DNA of 46,497 nucleotides from Propionibacteriaceae bacterium (GTDB taxonomy: Bacteria > Actinomycetota > Actinomycetes > Propionibacteriales > Propionibacteriaceae), in contig DATLQC010000164.1 of the NCBI GenBank assembly GCA_035535395.1, positions 1 through 46,497 of the forward strand. Direction: 5' to 3'. The position numbers and the translations under genes were made by a program. Positions within the stretch are counted from its first letter, which is position 1, and the number at the start of each line of letters is the position of its first letter. Positions 35,981 to 46,497 of this stretch are shown piece by piece. The notes under the pieces were generated by a model. It was not told where the DNA came from, did no database searches, and worked only from the letters and a program-made list of their open reading frames with translations.

Positions 35981-36235
35981 TCAAAGCCCCCGCAGGAAAT
36001 CGATGTCGTCGTCAGGTGCCTTCGGACGCGGCTTCTGTTTCGTGCCCGAGGACTCCGCAGTTGGACGACCGAGCAAGAGCCAGCAGACGGCGCCCGCCAG
36101 CGGCAGGCAGATGATCGCTGTCGCCCATAGCCAGCGAGGCATCCGGCGGACGGCGAACGGCGGGGCCTGAGCCACCTCGACGACACAGTAGATCATCAGC
36201 AACGCGATGATGATGATCGGTAGATACCGCCCCAT
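35981..36235 (-). CDS. PLDc N-terminal domain small membrane protein
   Basis: 'VRRMPRWLW..AIICLPLAGAVCWLLLGRP' and 'APDDDIDFL'. Confidence 0.85.
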   Translation of the reverse strand: MGRYLPIIIIALLMIYCVVEVAQAPPFAVRRMPRWLWATAIICLPLAGAVCWLLLGRPTAESSGTKQKPRPKAPDDDIDFLRGL

Positions 36236-36355
36236 AACGGAAGTATGCGTCTTACGCCGGGTCCGATACAACACTCAAGGATAGGCTGTCGGGATGCCTC
36301 GCGGACCTAGCGTCGCTATGCTCGGGCGCCGAGCAATGGGCTGGTTCTGGAGGGT

Positions 36356-37165
36356 GTGGTGACGGCTGGTTTCGATGTCGGTGCGGAGCGACCTGCCCGC
36401 CCGACCATTGCCCAGCTACGCGAGGTCACCCAACCGCCCAGCGTGCGTACGCGCGCCGCCGCCGAACACTGGGTTGCGCATGCCTACTTAAGGGACATTT
36501 CCCCTTATCTGACACGGATGTTGCTGCGAGCGGGGTTCAGCGCGAATGGCGTCACCTGGTTGATGATCATCAGCGCCGCCGCTGCTGCTGTGGCGACCGG
36601 ATGGCCCTCGCTCCTCGGAGCCATCCTCGCGGTGATCTTGGTGCAGCTGCAGATGCTGCTCGACTGCTGCGACGGAGAAGTGGCGCGCTGGCGGCAAACG
36701 TCATCGCCGGTTGGTGTGTACCTCGATCGGGTCGGGCACTACGTCGCCGAGTGTGGGATCGCAGTCGCGCTAGGCGTCCGCGCCACGGGTCAACTCCAGG
36801 TAAGCGGAATCTGGATCAGCGCAGGACTGCTGCTCGGGCTACTTGTCGCGTTGAACAAGGTGGAGAACGACCTGGTGCACGTGGCCCGCCATTACGCCGG
36901 GATGCCACAGATGCGTGATGCGGATGATGTCCGGGCACCGAGGGGCGGCGCGCTGCGCAGCGCACGCCGGCTGGCGCGAGTGATCCCGTTTCATCGGGTG
37001 TTCCATTCGGTGGAGTTGTCGATCCTGGTACTCATCGCCGCCATTGTTGATCTTTTCGTGGGCGGAGTGGCGACCAAGGTGCTGCTCGCTGCGCTGGTTG
37101 TTGCGGCCTGCCTGACACTGGTTGGTCATCTGGTAGCCGTACTGGCATCGTCAAGGCTGCGATGA
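36356..37165 (+). CDS. CDP-alcohol phosphatidyltransferase family protein
   Basis: 'DCCDGEVAR...S..GVYLD' signature. Confidence 0.9.
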   Translation: MVTAGFDVGAERPARPTIAQLREVTQPPSVRTRAAAEHWVAHAYLRDISPYLTRMLLRAGFSANGVTWLMIISAAAAAVATGWPSLLGAILAVILVQLQMLLDCCDGEVARWRQTSSPVGVYLDRVGHYVAECGIAVALGVRATGQLQVSGIWISAGLLLGLLVALNKVENDLVHVARHYAGMPQMRDADDVRAPRGGALRSARRLARVIPFHRVFHSVELSILVLIAAIVDLFVGGVATKVLLAALVVAACLTLVGHLVAVLASSRLR

Positions 37166-38052
37166 CGGCAGCTGTGCGGTCGAATTTGGGGCGGCCGAAG
37201 TTCGGGGTCGTCGTTTTGACGATGGGAAACCGGCCGGACGATCTGAGTCATGGCCTGGCCAGCCTGTTGCGACAGCGTGATGTGGACATCGACGCCGTGG
37301 TAGTCGGCAACGGCTGGCAGCCGGTCGGTCTGCCGGAGGGGGTGCAAGCCAAAGGGCTGGCATCCAATCTCGGGATTCCGGCCGGTCGTAATGCTGGAGT
37401 GCCTTTGGTCGAAGGGGAGTTGCTGTTCTTTCTCGACGATGATGCCTGCTTGCCGACAGACGACATCCTGGCTCGCATGGCGGCGCAATTTGTCGCGGAC
37501 CCCAAGCTCGGCATGATCCAACCCCGGGTCGTCGATGCCGACGGTCGCGACGCGCCGCGTCGCTGGACTCCGCGCGTACGCGTCGGCGACCCAGCTCGCA
37601 GCAGTCCCGCCATGAACGTCTGGGAAGGAGCGGTTGCTATCCGTCGCGATGCCTTTGAATTCGCTGGCGGGTGGCCTGAGCCGTTTTGGTATGCCCATGA
37701 AGGCATCGAACTGGCGTGGCGCGTGTGGGACGGCGGCTTCTATGTGCGTTACGACGGCGACATCGAGGTGCATCACCCGGCCATCCAGCCGACCCGGCAC
37801 GCTGAGTTTTATCGGTTTCAGGCGCGCAACCGGGTGTGGCTGGCCAGGCGTAACCTTCCACTGCCGGTGGGTGTGGTCTATGTGTTGGCATGGACCGGGG
37901 TGTCAGCGCTTCGGCTGCGATCGCGTACCGCCTGGCGGGAGACGCTGCGCGGCTACTGGATTGGGCTCACCGAGCCAGCCGGGCAACGACGGCCGATGAG
38001 CTGGCGAACCATCTGGCGGATGGCGCGCGCCGGACGTGCCCCAATAATTTAG
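37162..38052 (+). CDS. Glycosyltransferase family 2
   Basis: 'VVVLT', 'NLGIPAGRN', 'FLDDDA', 'ARNRVW'. Confidence 0.9.
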   Translation: MTAAVRSNLGRPKFGVVVLTMGNRPDDLSHGLASLLRQRDVDIDAVVVGNGWQPVGLPEGVQAKGLASNLGIPAGRNAGVPLVEGELLFFLDDDACLPTDDILARMAAQFVADPKLGMIQPRVVDADGRDAPRRWTPRVRVGDPARSSPAMNVWEGAVAIRRDAFEFAGGWPEPFWYAHEGIELAWRVWDGGFYVRYDGDIEVHHPAIQPTRHAEFYRFQARNRVWLARRNLPLPVGVVYVLAWTGVSALRLRSRTAWRETLRGYWIGLTEPAGQRRPMSWRTIWRMARAGRAPII

Positions 38053-38069
38053 GTACCGGTAATTTAGCG

Positions 38070-39155
38070 ATGGTGGAGCAGGTCGACAAAAGCGATCGCG
38101 CGTGGTCAGAGTGGGCAATCGGACAGGTCGAGGCGGATGCGAATCGCAGTGCCGACACTCACCTGCACCCGTTTCCGCTGCCGCCGGAGTGGGGGATCAG
38201 TCTTTATCTGAAGGATGAGTCGGTGCACCCCACGGGAAGCCTGAAGCATCGGCTGGCGCGATCTCTGGTGCTGTATGGACTGTGCAACAACTGGATCAAC
38301 GAAGGCACCACGCTCGTTGAGGCATCCTCCGGGTCAACGGCGGTCAGTGAGGCCTATTTCGCCCGGCTGATCAATCTCCCGTTCGTTGCCGTGATGCCCG
38401 CTACGACCGTTCGGGAGAAGATCGAGCTGATCGAGTTCTACGGCGGACAATGCAAGCTCGTTGCGGATCCAACGACGATCTACCAGGTCGCAGCTGATCT
38501 TGCGGCGAGCTGCGGCGGTTGCTACCTCGATCAATTCACCTACGCCGAACGGGCCACCGACTGGCGTGGAAATAACAACATCGCCGAGTCGATGTTTGAT
38601 CAGTTGAGCCGCGAGCCGTTTCCGATACCGGCCTGGGTTGTCGTGGGAGCTGGCACCGGCGGCACAAGCGCCACAATTGGCCGCTACACCCGACTCAAGA
38701 AGTACGACACGCGGCTCTGTGTCGTCGATCCGGAGGGTTCGGCGTTCTATGCCGGATGGAAGAACCGGGATCCTGCGATTACGGCGGCAGGCTCCAAGAT
38801 CGAGGGGATCGGCCGACCTCGCGTCGAGCCCAGCTTCGTACCATCGCTGGTGGATCGGATGATCACTGTGCCGGACGCCGCGTCGATCGCTGCCATGCGA
38901 TGGTGCACGCACAAGCTGGATCGCTGGGTCGGTGGATCGACCGGTACCAATATGTGGGGCGCGCTGCAGCTGATTGCCGAGATGAAGGCCGAGGGTGTGC
39001 GCGGGAGTGTGGTCACGCTGCTCTGTGACGACGGCCGGCGGTATTCCCATACCTACTACGACGACGCGTGGGTTGCCCAGCGTGGTTGGGATTTGGCGCC
39101 GTACCAGGCCATGCTCTCCTCGTTCGAGGCGTCCGGGACCTGGCCAAGCGCCTGA
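38070..39155 (+). CDS. cds1: PLP-dependent cysteine synthase family protein (L-cysteine desulfhydrase Cds1-like)
   Basis: '[12 protein letters not shown]', '[14 protein letters not shown]', 'ASSGST', 'GAGTGGT'. Confidence 0.85.
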   Translation: MVEQVDKSDRAWSEWAIGQVEADANRSADTHLHPFPLPPEWGISLYLKDESVHPTGSLKHRLARSLVLYGLCNNWINEGTTLVEASSGSTAVSEAYFARLINLPFVAVMPATTVREKIELIEFYGGQCKLVADPTTIYQVAADLAASCGGCYLDQFTYAERATDWRGNNNIAESMFDQLSREPFPIPAWVVVGAGTGGTSATIGRYTRLKKYDTRLCVVDPEGSAFYAGWKNRDPAITAAGSKIEGIGRPRVEPSFVPSLVDRMITVPDAASIAAMRWCTHKLDRWVGGSTGTNMWGALQLIAEMKAEGVRGSVVTLLCDDGRRYSHTYYDDAWVAQRGWDLAPYQAMLSSFEASGTWPSA

Positions 39156-39192
39156 CCTTTAGCCGAGCCCCCGACACTCTCGCCCCTGGTCG

Positions 39193-39278
39193 GAAACCTA
39201 CGTTTACGTAGCTTTCAGTCGGTCTGCATAGGTTGCAACCTGTGCAAACCGTGTGCAAGCTACGTAAACGTAGGTTTC
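39193..39278. repeat. Composite palindromic element, copy 2, with perfect 22-bp terminal inverted repeats
   Basis: gaaacctacgtttacgtagctt (39193-39214) is the reverse complement of 39257-39278; the central hairpin is shared with 35884-35974. Confidence 0.78.
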
Positions 39279-39288
39279 GTCGTGGGAG

Positions 39289-40200
39289 TCAGGCGAATCC
39301 CAGGACGCTCAGTACCAGACCAGCGGCGAACGCGATGGCACAGCCGAGCTCCGCCATACTGGTGGCTTTGAGCACTGCGATCAGCGCGGGACCGCTGCCG
39401 CCTGACAGCACGACGCGGATCGCGGGAATGATCAAGAGCAGCCCAATCAGCCCGAGCAGCGCCCACCACGTGGTGAGGAGGGCTATAACGATGATCATGA
39501 ACGCGGCGACTGCCACCAAGCTCACATAGAGCGCCCTGGTCCGACGGTCCCCGAGTCTGGTCGCGAGTGTTCGCTTGCCGACCTGCGCATCACCCTGGAT
39601 GTCCCGCAAGTTATTGGCCACCAAGATCGCGCACGCCAGGGCGCCGACCCACACTCCGGTCAGCAGCGTGGCGACCGAGACTCGGCCGACTTGCACGTAC
39701 GTGGTGCCCCAGACAGCCACCAGGCCAAAGAAAACGAAGACAAAAAGTTCACCCAAACCCAGGTATCCGTAGGGCCGCTTGCCGCCTGTGTAGTACCACG
39801 CCGCCAGCACACAAGCCACGCCGACGGCCAGTAGCCACCACTGTTGAGTCATGATCACCAGCGCCAGGCCGGCGAGGCCGGCAACCCCGAAGCTGACAAA
39901 CGCCGCCCGCTTGACCAGTGGCGGTGATGCCAGACCCGAACCGACGAGTCGCAGCGGACCAACCCGGGCCGCGTCGGTGCCACGGATCCCATCGGAATAG
40001 TCATTGGCATAGTTGACGCCAACCTGGAGCGCAATACTGACGACCAGTGCCAAGATCGCCGTCGGCCACGAGGGGCTGTGCTCGAAGACTGCAAGACCGG
40101 TTCCGGCGATCACCGGAGAGCAGGCAGCTGGCAGGGTACGCGGCCGCGCGCCAGCGAGCCACTGCGTTGCCGTCGGTCGGCGAGCCGTCTCGGAGGTCAC
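39289..40200 (-). CDS. menA: 1,4-dihydroxy-2-naphthoate polyprenyltransferase
   Basis: 'ARPRTL', 'NYANDYSD..RGTD', 'NNLRDI..D...GKRTL'. Confidence 0.95.
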   Translation of the reverse strand: MTSETARRPTATQWLAGARPRTLPAACSPVIAGTGLAVFEHSPSWPTAILALVVSIALQVGVNYANDYSDGIRGTDAARVGPLRLVGSGLASPPLVKRAAFVSFGVAGLAGLALVIMTQQWWLLAVGVACVLAAWYYTGGKRPYGYLGLGELFVFVFFGLVAVWGTTYVQVGRVSVATLLTGVWVGALACAILVANNLRDIQGDAQVGKRTLATRLGDRRTRALYVSLVAVAAFMIIVIALLTTWWALLGLIGLLLIIPAIRVVLSGGSGPALIAVLKATSMAELGCAIAFAAGLVLSVLGFA

Positions 40201-41354
40201 ACTGGCGCCTGTCGCGCAGCAAGCGTTTTCATGATCATCGATCTGATCGCAATCCGATCCGGCTTACCGCTGGCAAGCCAGGGAAGAGGATCAAGATGGA
40301 TGAGCTCGCGGGGCATGGCGTACACCGGCAGAGACTGGCACACCGCCCCCTGCACGTCCTCCAGTGGGCCCGGTGAATCCGATACGGCAATGATTACCGT
40401 GCCCCAGACCGCGTCCGGAATGCCAAGCACGACGGCACGAGCCTGCCGATCGGCTGCCCAGCGCTGTACGCAACGCTCCACTTCGCCAAGATCAACTTTG
40501 TGACCGCCGGTGATCACGATGTCGTCCGCCCGGCCGAGTACGATGAGCCTCCCGGCTCGCCACCGGCCGCGATCTTGAGTGCGAAACCTGCCGTCGATTA
40601 GGGCCGCAGCGGTGAGATCCGGACGCAGCCGATAGCCACTGAACAGACTCTTACTCTTGATCATGATGCGATCGTCGTCGTCGAGTTCGACGTCGACGCC
40701 CCTCAGCGGTCGGCCGTCATAGACGCAGCCGCCACACGTCTCGCTCATGCCGTACGTGGTGACGACCCGGATCCCCTGGGCAGCGGCCCGCTCGAGCAAT
40801 TCGAGGTCCGTCGAGCCACCGCCGACCAGCACCGAACTCAGGCTGGCCAAGGCTTCGCTTACGTGCGGACGCCCTAACGCACGGTCCAGTTGTGCTGGAA
40901 CCAATGAGAGATACCGCCTCTCAGCCAGCCCGCGAGCCACCTTGGGCAGATCACTGAGATCCGAACGCACTGGCACCACTCGGGCGCCGGTGAGACATGC
41001 GCGGGCGAGCACCATGAGTCCAGCCACGTAGTGCGGAGGCAGTGCCAGAATCCAGTCGCCGATCCCACCAAGGCGGTCATGGGTTGCCTCGACCGACGCG
41101 CGGATCGCTCCCCGAGACAGCACGACGCCTTTAGGCGCCGCGGTTGACCCCGACGTTGCGACTACCGCCGCCGCATCCGTTTCGGTTACAGGCTGAGTGG
41201 GCTGCAGCATGGTGATCGCTTGAGCCCGCTCAACGGGGTCCGCCGGCATGGGCGCGATCGGCAGCCCACCGTGCAATGACTCGGCCAACGACGCCGCGAC
41301 CTCAGATCCCTCCACCGTTCGCAGTTGAACGGATGCCCCGCCGGCTGCATTCAC
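40197..41354 (-). CDS. menE: o-succinylbenzoate--CoA ligase
   Basis: AMP-binding 'TSGSTAAPKG', 'TYGMSET', 'GRADD...GG.KV', 'SGKPDR'; men cluster context; start approximate. Confidence 0.85.
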   Translation of the reverse strand: MNAAGGASVQLRTVEGSEVAASLAESLHGGLPIAPMPADPVERAQAITMLQPTQPVTETDAAAVVATSGSTAAPKGVVLSRGAIRASVEATHDRLGGIGDWILALPPHYVAGLMVLARACLTGARVVPVRSDLSDLPKVARGLAERRYLSLVPAQLDRALGRPHVSEALASLSSVLVGGGSTDLELLERAAAQGIRVVTTYGMSETCGGCVYDGRPLRGVDVELDDDDRIMIKSKSLFSGYRLRPDLTAAALIDGRFRTQDRGRWRAGRLIVLGRADDIVITGGHKVDLGEVERCVQRWAADRQARAVVLGIPDAVWGTVIIAVSDSPGPLEDVQGAVCQSLPVYAMPRELIHLDPLPWLASGKPDRIAIRSMIMKTLAARQAPV

Positions 41355-41386
41355 GGCGACCAGGCTAACCAGCCTCGCGCTTAGGC

Positions 41387-42361
41387 ATGATTGGGACCGT
41401 GCTGGACCAGCCCTTCTGCTATGCACTCGGCCTGCGCACGCGCTTTCGGGGCATTACTGAACGTCAGGGCATGGTGTGGCGCGGCGCGGCGGGTTGGGGC
41501 GAGTGGAGCCCGTTCCTCGATTACGCCGGAACTGAGCTGGTTCCCTGGCTGCGAGCCGCCGAGGAGGCTGCCGAGCGCGGCTGGCCGGCTCCGCTGAGAA
41601 CAGAGATCGCCGTCAATAGCACGGTTCCCGCGGTCGGGCCGGAGGAGGCGTACGCGATCGCTCGGGCAGCCGGCTGCCGGACGGCCAAAGTCAAGGTGGC
41701 CGAGCGGGGCCAATCGCTGGTCGAGGATGTCGCACGTTTGGAAGCTGTACGGAATGCGCTAGGCCCGGGCGGGAGAATCAGGATCGATGCCAACGGGGGC
41801 TGGAGCGTCGATGAGGCCATGCGTGCCATTCGGCAACTGGTTTATTTCGATCTTGAGTACGCAGAGCAGCCGTGCACCACGGTCGAGGAGCTTGCCGACC
41901 TGCGGCGACGCCTGGCGCGAGCGGGGCTGGACGTGCCCATCGCCGCAGATGAGTCCATCCGGCGCGCTGAGGATCCCTTTGAAGTGGCGGAGCAGGAAGC
42001 CGCCGACATTGCTGTGCTGAAGGTGCAACCCCTTGGGGGAGTGCGAGCATGCCTGCAGATCGCTGAGCGAATTGGCCTGCCGGTCGTGGTGTCCAGTGCG
42101 TTGGAGACCTCGATCGGGATCCGGGCTGGGCTGGCGCTAGCTGCGGCGCTGCCTGAGCTGCCGTACGCCTGCGGTCTCAATACGATCGCGTTGCTCGCCG
42201 ATGACCTCGTGGCAGATCCATTGCTGGCGGTCGATGGCGTAATTCGGCTGCGCGATCCGGTTGTCGAGGAGTCCGCGAGCGAAAAGCACCGGCCCGACCA
42301 CCAGGTACAGCAGTTCTGGCAGGCTCGTCTCGTGCAAACCCAAGAGCTGGCCGGTGGGTAA
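41387..42361 (+). CDS. menC: o-succinylbenzoate synthase
   Basis: 'GEWSPF', 'TAKVKV', 'DANGGW', 'EQP', 'ADES', 'VVSSALE'. Confidence 0.93.
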   Translation: MIGTVLDQPFCYALGLRTRFRGITERQGMVWRGAAGWGEWSPFLDYAGTELVPWLRAAEEAAERGWPAPLRTEIAVNSTVPAVGPEEAYAIARAAGCRTAKVKVAERGQSLVEDVARLEAVRNALGPGGRIRIDANGGWSVDEAMRAIRQLVYFDLEYAEQPCTTVEELADLRRRLARAGLDVPIAADESIRRAEDPFEVAEQEAADIAVLKVQPLGGVRACLQIAERIGLPVVVSSALETSIGIRAGLALAAALPELPYACGLNTIALLADDLVADPLLAVDGVIRLRDPVVEESASEKHRPDHQVQQFWQARLVQTQELAGG

Positions 42362-43985
42362 CGCCACCGCATGCGCACGGGTGATCATCGAGGAAATGAT
42401 CGCCCGTGGCGTCCGCGATGTCGTGCTCGCCCCGGGCTCCCGGAGTGCACCACTGGCGTACGAATGCTTCGAAGCCGACCGCATCGGTCTGCTGCGGCTG
42501 CACGTCCGGGTCGACGAGCGCACGGCGGCATTTCTTGCCCTCGGGCTAGCCAAGGGTTCGGGCGCACCAGCCGCGGTACTGACAACGTCCGGCACTGCGA
42601 CCGCCAACCTTCACCCTGCGGTACTGGAGGCCTGGCATGCCCATGTGCCGCTGATCGTGATCACGGCGAGCCGCCCCCGCGCATTGGTCAACACCGGTTC
42701 CAATCAGACCGCTGACCAAGATCAGCTTTTTGGCCGGCATGTGCGGGCGTACGCGGGGCTGTCGGACGAGGTTCTTGATCATCGCAGCTGGCGCTTCGAG
42801 ATGACCCGAATTATGACCGCGGCCACGGGGCTCAGGAGCCGGATGCCGGGACCGGTACAGCTGAATGTCGAGTTCAGCGAGCCGTTGTTGCCTGCGGAGT
42901 CCGCCTGGCCGCCACCGGCTCCGGAACTTGTCATCACTGCATCACAAAATCAAGCGGAACCAAGAGCGTTGCCCGACGGGGCTCAGACGCTGATCATTGC
43001 TGGCGACTGTCCGCCCGAAACCGGTGCCGCTATCGCGGAGCTTGCCGAGCAAGTTCAGGTCCCGCTGATGGCAGAACCGTCGAGCAATGCCCGGAGAGGC
43101 GAGGCGGCCCTCTCGACCTACCGGCTATTGCTCTCCTCGACGCTTGCCGAGGAGATCGAGCGGGTCGTGGTTTTCGGCCGGCCAACTCTGTCTCGCCCGG
43201 TCAGCCGGCTGCTGGCGCGCGATGATCTTGAGCTCGTCGTGGTGTCCGCGTACGCGGACTGGATCGACCCCGGACGCGCCGCCTCATTGGTAACCGATGC
43301 GGTGAGGTTGCCGTTGGGAGACCGGGACTGGTTCGAAGTGTGGCGCAACGCAGATCGGACAGTCCGGGAGCGTCTCGACGCGTTGCTTGGGACACAGCCG
43401 TACTTCACCGGACCGGCCTTGGCCGCCACCGTCTGGAGCTCTCTTGGTGCTGACGATGTCTTGTTTGCCGGTTCGTCCAGCCCCGTCCGGGACCTGGACC
43501 TTGCGCCGATCAAGCCCGCATCCCCGCTCGTCTACGCCAACCGCGGACTGTCGGGGATTGATGGGAACGTCTCCACGGCCGCCGGGATCGCGCTCGCGCT
43601 GGACCGCCCGACCCATGCGCTGCTAGGCGATCTGACGACGCTGCACGATGCCACCGGTCTCATCATCGGCTCCTCAGAGCCGCGACCGGACCTCCGGCTT
43701 GTGGTGGCCAACGACGATGGAGGCAGCCTCTTCGCCACCCTGGAGCAGGGCGAGCCTGCTCACATGGGCGCCTTCGAGCGACTGTTCGGCACGCCACAAG
43801 GAGTGCACTTCGAGGCCTTGGCGGCTGCTGCTGGGATCGGTTATCGACAGGCCGAAACCGCCGACGAGCTGGCCGAAATTCTCGCTGAGCCACCCGCCGG
43901 GGTGGCGCTCGTTGAAGCCGTGATCGACCGCGCCCGTCGCCGCACGTTGGATCGCGAGATCACTGCGCTCGCAGCCACGCTCTGA
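42354..43985 (+). CDS. menD: SEPHCHC synthase
   Basis: 'PGSRSAPL', 'DERTAAFLALG', 'TSGTA.ANL', 'NRGLSGIDG', 'GDLT.LHD'. Confidence 0.95.
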   Translation: MGNATACARVIIEEMIARGVRDVVLAPGSRSAPLAYECFEADRIGLLRLHVRVDERTAAFLALGLAKGSGAPAAVLTTSGTATANLHPAVLEAWHAHVPLIVITASRPRALVNTGSNQTADQDQLFGRHVRAYAGLSDEVLDHRSWRFEMTRIMTAATGLRSRMPGPVQLNVEFSEPLLPAESAWPPPAPELVITASQNQAEPRALPDGAQTLIIAGDCPPETGAAIAELAEQVQVPLMAEPSSNARRGEAALSTYRLLLSSTLAEEIERVVVFGRPTLSRPVSRLLARDDLELVVVSAYADWIDPGRAASLVTDAVRLPLGDRDWFEVWRNADRTVRERLDALLGTQPYFTGPALAATVWSSLGADDVLFAGSSSPVRDLDLAPIKPASPLVYANRGLSGIDGNVSTAAGIALALDRPTHALLGDLTTLHDATGLIIGSSEPRPDLRLVVANDDGGSLFATLEQGEPAHMGAFERLFGTPQGVHFEALAAAAGIGYRQAETADELAEILAEPPAGVALVEAVIDRARRRTLDREITALAATL

Positions 43986-45729
43986 CTTGGCTGGTGGCGA
44001 TCACGTCGTCCTCGTTGTACTCCAGTACGCGGCGCCGGGCTCGTGCGCGCGTCTCCGCCGTTTCCCCACGTACCGCCTCGGCGAACCATAGCTGTGAATT
44101 CAGTCCGCCCGGATCCTCGTCGCGCCAGCTGAACCCTACGTGCCGTGCCATCAACTTCAGACCAAGGCCGCTGACTCCGAAGTAATGCGACTTGACGATC
44201 TCGAGCAGATCGACGAAGTGCTCCTCAGCGTAGGCCGCCGCCCAGTCCAACAGCTCGTCGTGCTCGCGGCGAGCCAGCTCGATGATCTTGGCGACCTCGT
44301 AACCGCTGTAGTGGAAGACCACAACCGACGGCGTGGAGTCGATGATGCCGCGCAGCCAGGTAAAGGCATCGACGGCAAGCGCAGCCTCGGCCCGGTCATC
44401 AAGATCATCAAAACGACTGAACTCGTGATAGACCGCACCACTCCCGCCAGACCGCTGGATCAGGAAGCCCCAGAGATAGATCCGGCCATCCGCCGAGCTC
44501 TCGATGTCCAGATCAATCTCCACTGCTGCGTGAGGCATCTCGATGGGACCTGTGGTTTCGCGGTCGAAGGAAATGCCCTCCAATAGCATCCTGGCCCGAC
44601 GCGTCGCCACTTTGATGCGCCCTTCGGCGCCTTCGCGATGGGTGACCTCGGGCAAGTACGACTCCAGAAGTTGATCAAGATCAGCATCGGCGAGATCGGT
44701 GATTGTGGTAATGCCGTGCCGCCGGAGGCTGGCAATCTCCCGCATGTCCAGCGGCGCCTTGTCGAGGCGCAGACTGACGTCATCCGGATCGAGCTGAGGC
44801 AGGCAGTGCTCCCACCACTGGCAGCGCGGGCATTCCCTGTTGACGATGGGGCGGACCAGCAGCTCGGGATTTCGCTCAGGTTGGCCGGTTTGCTGCTGCG
44901 CAACCTCGGCAATCTTGATCCGAAAGGCGTGCTCGTGGTCGTAACGCTCCAGGAAGCTGCGTAGCCGCCAACCCTCTGGGCTGCTGCGCGAGAAGGTTCG
45001 CACCTGCTGGTGGCCGAGATCGGTCCACATCAGAACCGGTTCCTTGAAGAGATCATCGGTTCCGATGACACCTGCCAACGCCTGTTCGGCGCCGAACCCG
45101 CAAGCCTCGAGCATCCGGTGATAGTGAGCCAGTTGGAGGAAATCACCCTCGCGGCTGCCAGTTCGCAGGCTGTACCCAGAGATCTCGGCTGCAGCTCCAG
45201 GTCTGGGATCGGTCAACGTCGAATAGCGCAGCGTATGCGGTTCATCCTCCCCCTCTTGTGGTCGAGGTCTGAGGAGAATCCTGTGCCACTTGACCTCCAC
45301 GGGGTGGTACGCCGGAGAGCCGTTTGGCGTATCCGCGGCGCGGATGAGCAGATCTGGAGAGCCGACCCGGTGACCGTGAAGATCAACAGGCAGACAGCCA
45401 GCGATGATCACTTGAGCGCCCGACGTCATGGCGCGGACGCATGCCTCGATCTGCACTTCTCGGGTGTTGGCCGAGAGCGGACGAAGATCAACAACCCGTC
45501 CTGTGCAGGAGGTGATCAACTGATCAAGGACAGCCTCCTCGAATTGTGCGCCGCCATCGAAGAGCTCAGACAATCCCTCGCTTGCGCCGACTCCGGCGCC
45601 GTTGGTGGTCGTATCGGTGGCCACCAGAGGGTTAAACGCATTCTGGGTCTTGACTGGGCAGCTGCGAGCGGCGTACGCGCCGAGCAAGATCGTTCCGGGC
45701 GGTGCTGTGACTGTCGGTGTCTCGATCAT
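43960..45729 (-). CDS. TM0106 family RecB-like nuclease with an RNase H-like C-terminal domain
   Basis: 'PDLL', 'PVEVK', 'QLAHY', Cys pattern C...CxxC...C, 'DLDIE', 'YNEDDV'; ATGA-coupled to menG. Confidence 0.85.
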   Translation of the reverse strand: MIETPTVTAPPGTILLGAYAARSCPVKTQNAFNPLVATDTTTNGAGVGASEGLSELFDGGAQFEEAVLDQLITSCTGRVVDLRPLSANTREVQIEACVRAMTSGAQVIIAGCLPVDLHGHRVGSPDLLIRAADTPNGSPAYHPVEVKWHRILLRPRPQEGEDEPHTLRYSTLTDPRPGAAAEISGYSLRTGSREGDFLQLAHYHRMLEACGFGAEQALAGVIGTDDLFKEPVLMWTDLGHQQVRTFSRSSPEGWRLRSFLERYDHEHAFRIKIAEVAQQQTGQPERNPELLVRPIVNRECPRCQWWEHCLPQLDPDDVSLRLDKAPLDMREIASLRRHGITTITDLADADLDQLLESYLPEVTHREGAEGRIKVATRRARMLLEGISFDRETTGPIEMPHAAVEIDLDIESSADGRIYLWGFLIQRSGGSGAVYHEFSRFDDLDDRAEAALAVDAFTWLRGIIDSTPSVVVFHYSGYEVAKIIELARREHDELLDWAAAYAEEHFVDLLEIVKSHYFGVSGLGLKLMARHVGFSWRDEDPGGLNSQLWFAEAVRGETAETRARARRRVLEYNEDDVIATSQVRAWLRAQ

Positions 45730-46469
45730 GCTCGGCCCCGATGCAGCGCGACGATCCCGCCGGACAGATTTCGCCACTCCACGTCTCGCCAGCCGCAGTT
45801 TTCGATCATGGTCGCCAGTCCCTGCTGATCCGGCCAGGCCTGGATCGACTCGGCCAGGTATTCGTACGCCGCAGGGCTGGAGGAAACCAGCGACGCGATG
45901 CGTGGCAAGGCTGCGACAAGATAGTTGGAGTAGAGGGTGCGGAACGGGCGCCAGGTGGGTGTTGAGAACTCGCAGATGACGAGTGTGCCGCCAGGCTTGA
46001 TCACGCGCCGCATCTCGTTGAGCGACGCGGCCGTGTCCTCGACGTTGCGCAACCCAAAGGAGATGGTGACCGCGTCGAAGCTGGCGTCCGCGTACGGCAA
46101 CTGAAGGGCATCAGCGGCCACAAAGCTCAACTCGGGCCAGCGCTGTTTACCCACCAGCAACATGCCGAACGAGAGATCTGTGGGGATGACGGTTGCGCCG
46201 CTGTACCCGAAGGGCTCGCTAGAGGTGCCCGTACCGGCTGCCAGATCCAAGATCAGCTGACCAGCTCGCGGCTCGACGGCAGCCACCACCTGCCGACGCC
46301 AAGCCCGGTCCTGGCCAAGCGAGAGCACATCGTTGGCCAGGTCGTAACGCGCGGCCACGCGGTCGAACATGGCAGCGACCTCGCTGCGTCGCTTGTCGAG
46401 CGTGGCGCGAGCTGTACCGGCCCTTTCAAAGCCGGCCCCGTCGAAATCGGCAGAGTCACCCTGAGGCAC
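45726..46469 (-). CDS. menG: Demethylmenaquinone methyltransferase
   Basis: '[19 protein letters not shown]', 'LDLAAGTG', 'SFGLRNV', 'YLAESI'. Confidence 0.95.
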   Translation of the reverse strand: MPQGDSADFDGAGFERAGTARATLDKRRSEVAAMFDRVAARYDLANDVLSLGQDRAWRRQVVAAVEPRAGQLILDLAAGTGTSSEPFGYSGATVIPTDLSFGMLLVGKQRWPELSFVAADALQLPYADASFDAVTISFGLRNVEDTAASLNEMRRVIKPGGTLVICEFSTPTWRPFRTLYSNYLVAALPRIASLVSSSPAAYEYLAESIQAWPDQQGLATMIENCGWRDVEWRNLSGGIVALHRGRA

Positions 46470-46497
46470 ACCGACAGCTTTCCACGCCCCACCGACA

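Noticed and set aside
43960-45729. Cas4/CRISPR-associated gene
   Set aside because: The domain layout fits the stand-alone TM0106 family, and there is no array or other cas gene in the window.

Overview
GC-rich actinobacterial chromosome segment; the gene content suggests a Propionibacteriales/Microlunatus-like organism, but that is an inference. Most of it is ordinary metabolism, transport and stress genes: a nucleoside/ADP-ribose-type salvage operon, a sugar ABC transporter, ankyrin proteins, zwf, gnd, an ECF sigma/ogt pair, cell-envelope enzymes and menA/E/C/D/G. The standout is ~29.5-33.1 kb, which the ORF track largely misses. Two tiny tandem ORFs with ribosome-binding sites (31461-31580, 31609-31698) encode peptides made almost entirely of (N/S/K)(R)GHSL repeats, with synonymous variation inside the core. 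They are preceded by a palindromic operator-like site and a stem that could sequester the ribosome-binding site. They are followed by a candidate six-way-junction RNA with its own putative promoter (~31887-32062). The flanking genes are a divergent protealysin-like M4 protease fused to an emfourin-like inhibitor domain and a convergent TrmB/LuxR-type regulator. This could be an undescribed multi-core peptide signalling system. Also seen: a 26-aa membrane microprotein, several SigF/SigB-type promoters, MITE/REP-like palindromes and a small patch of gene decay (3.4-5.3 kb). All calls come from reading motifs by eye; no database searches were run.
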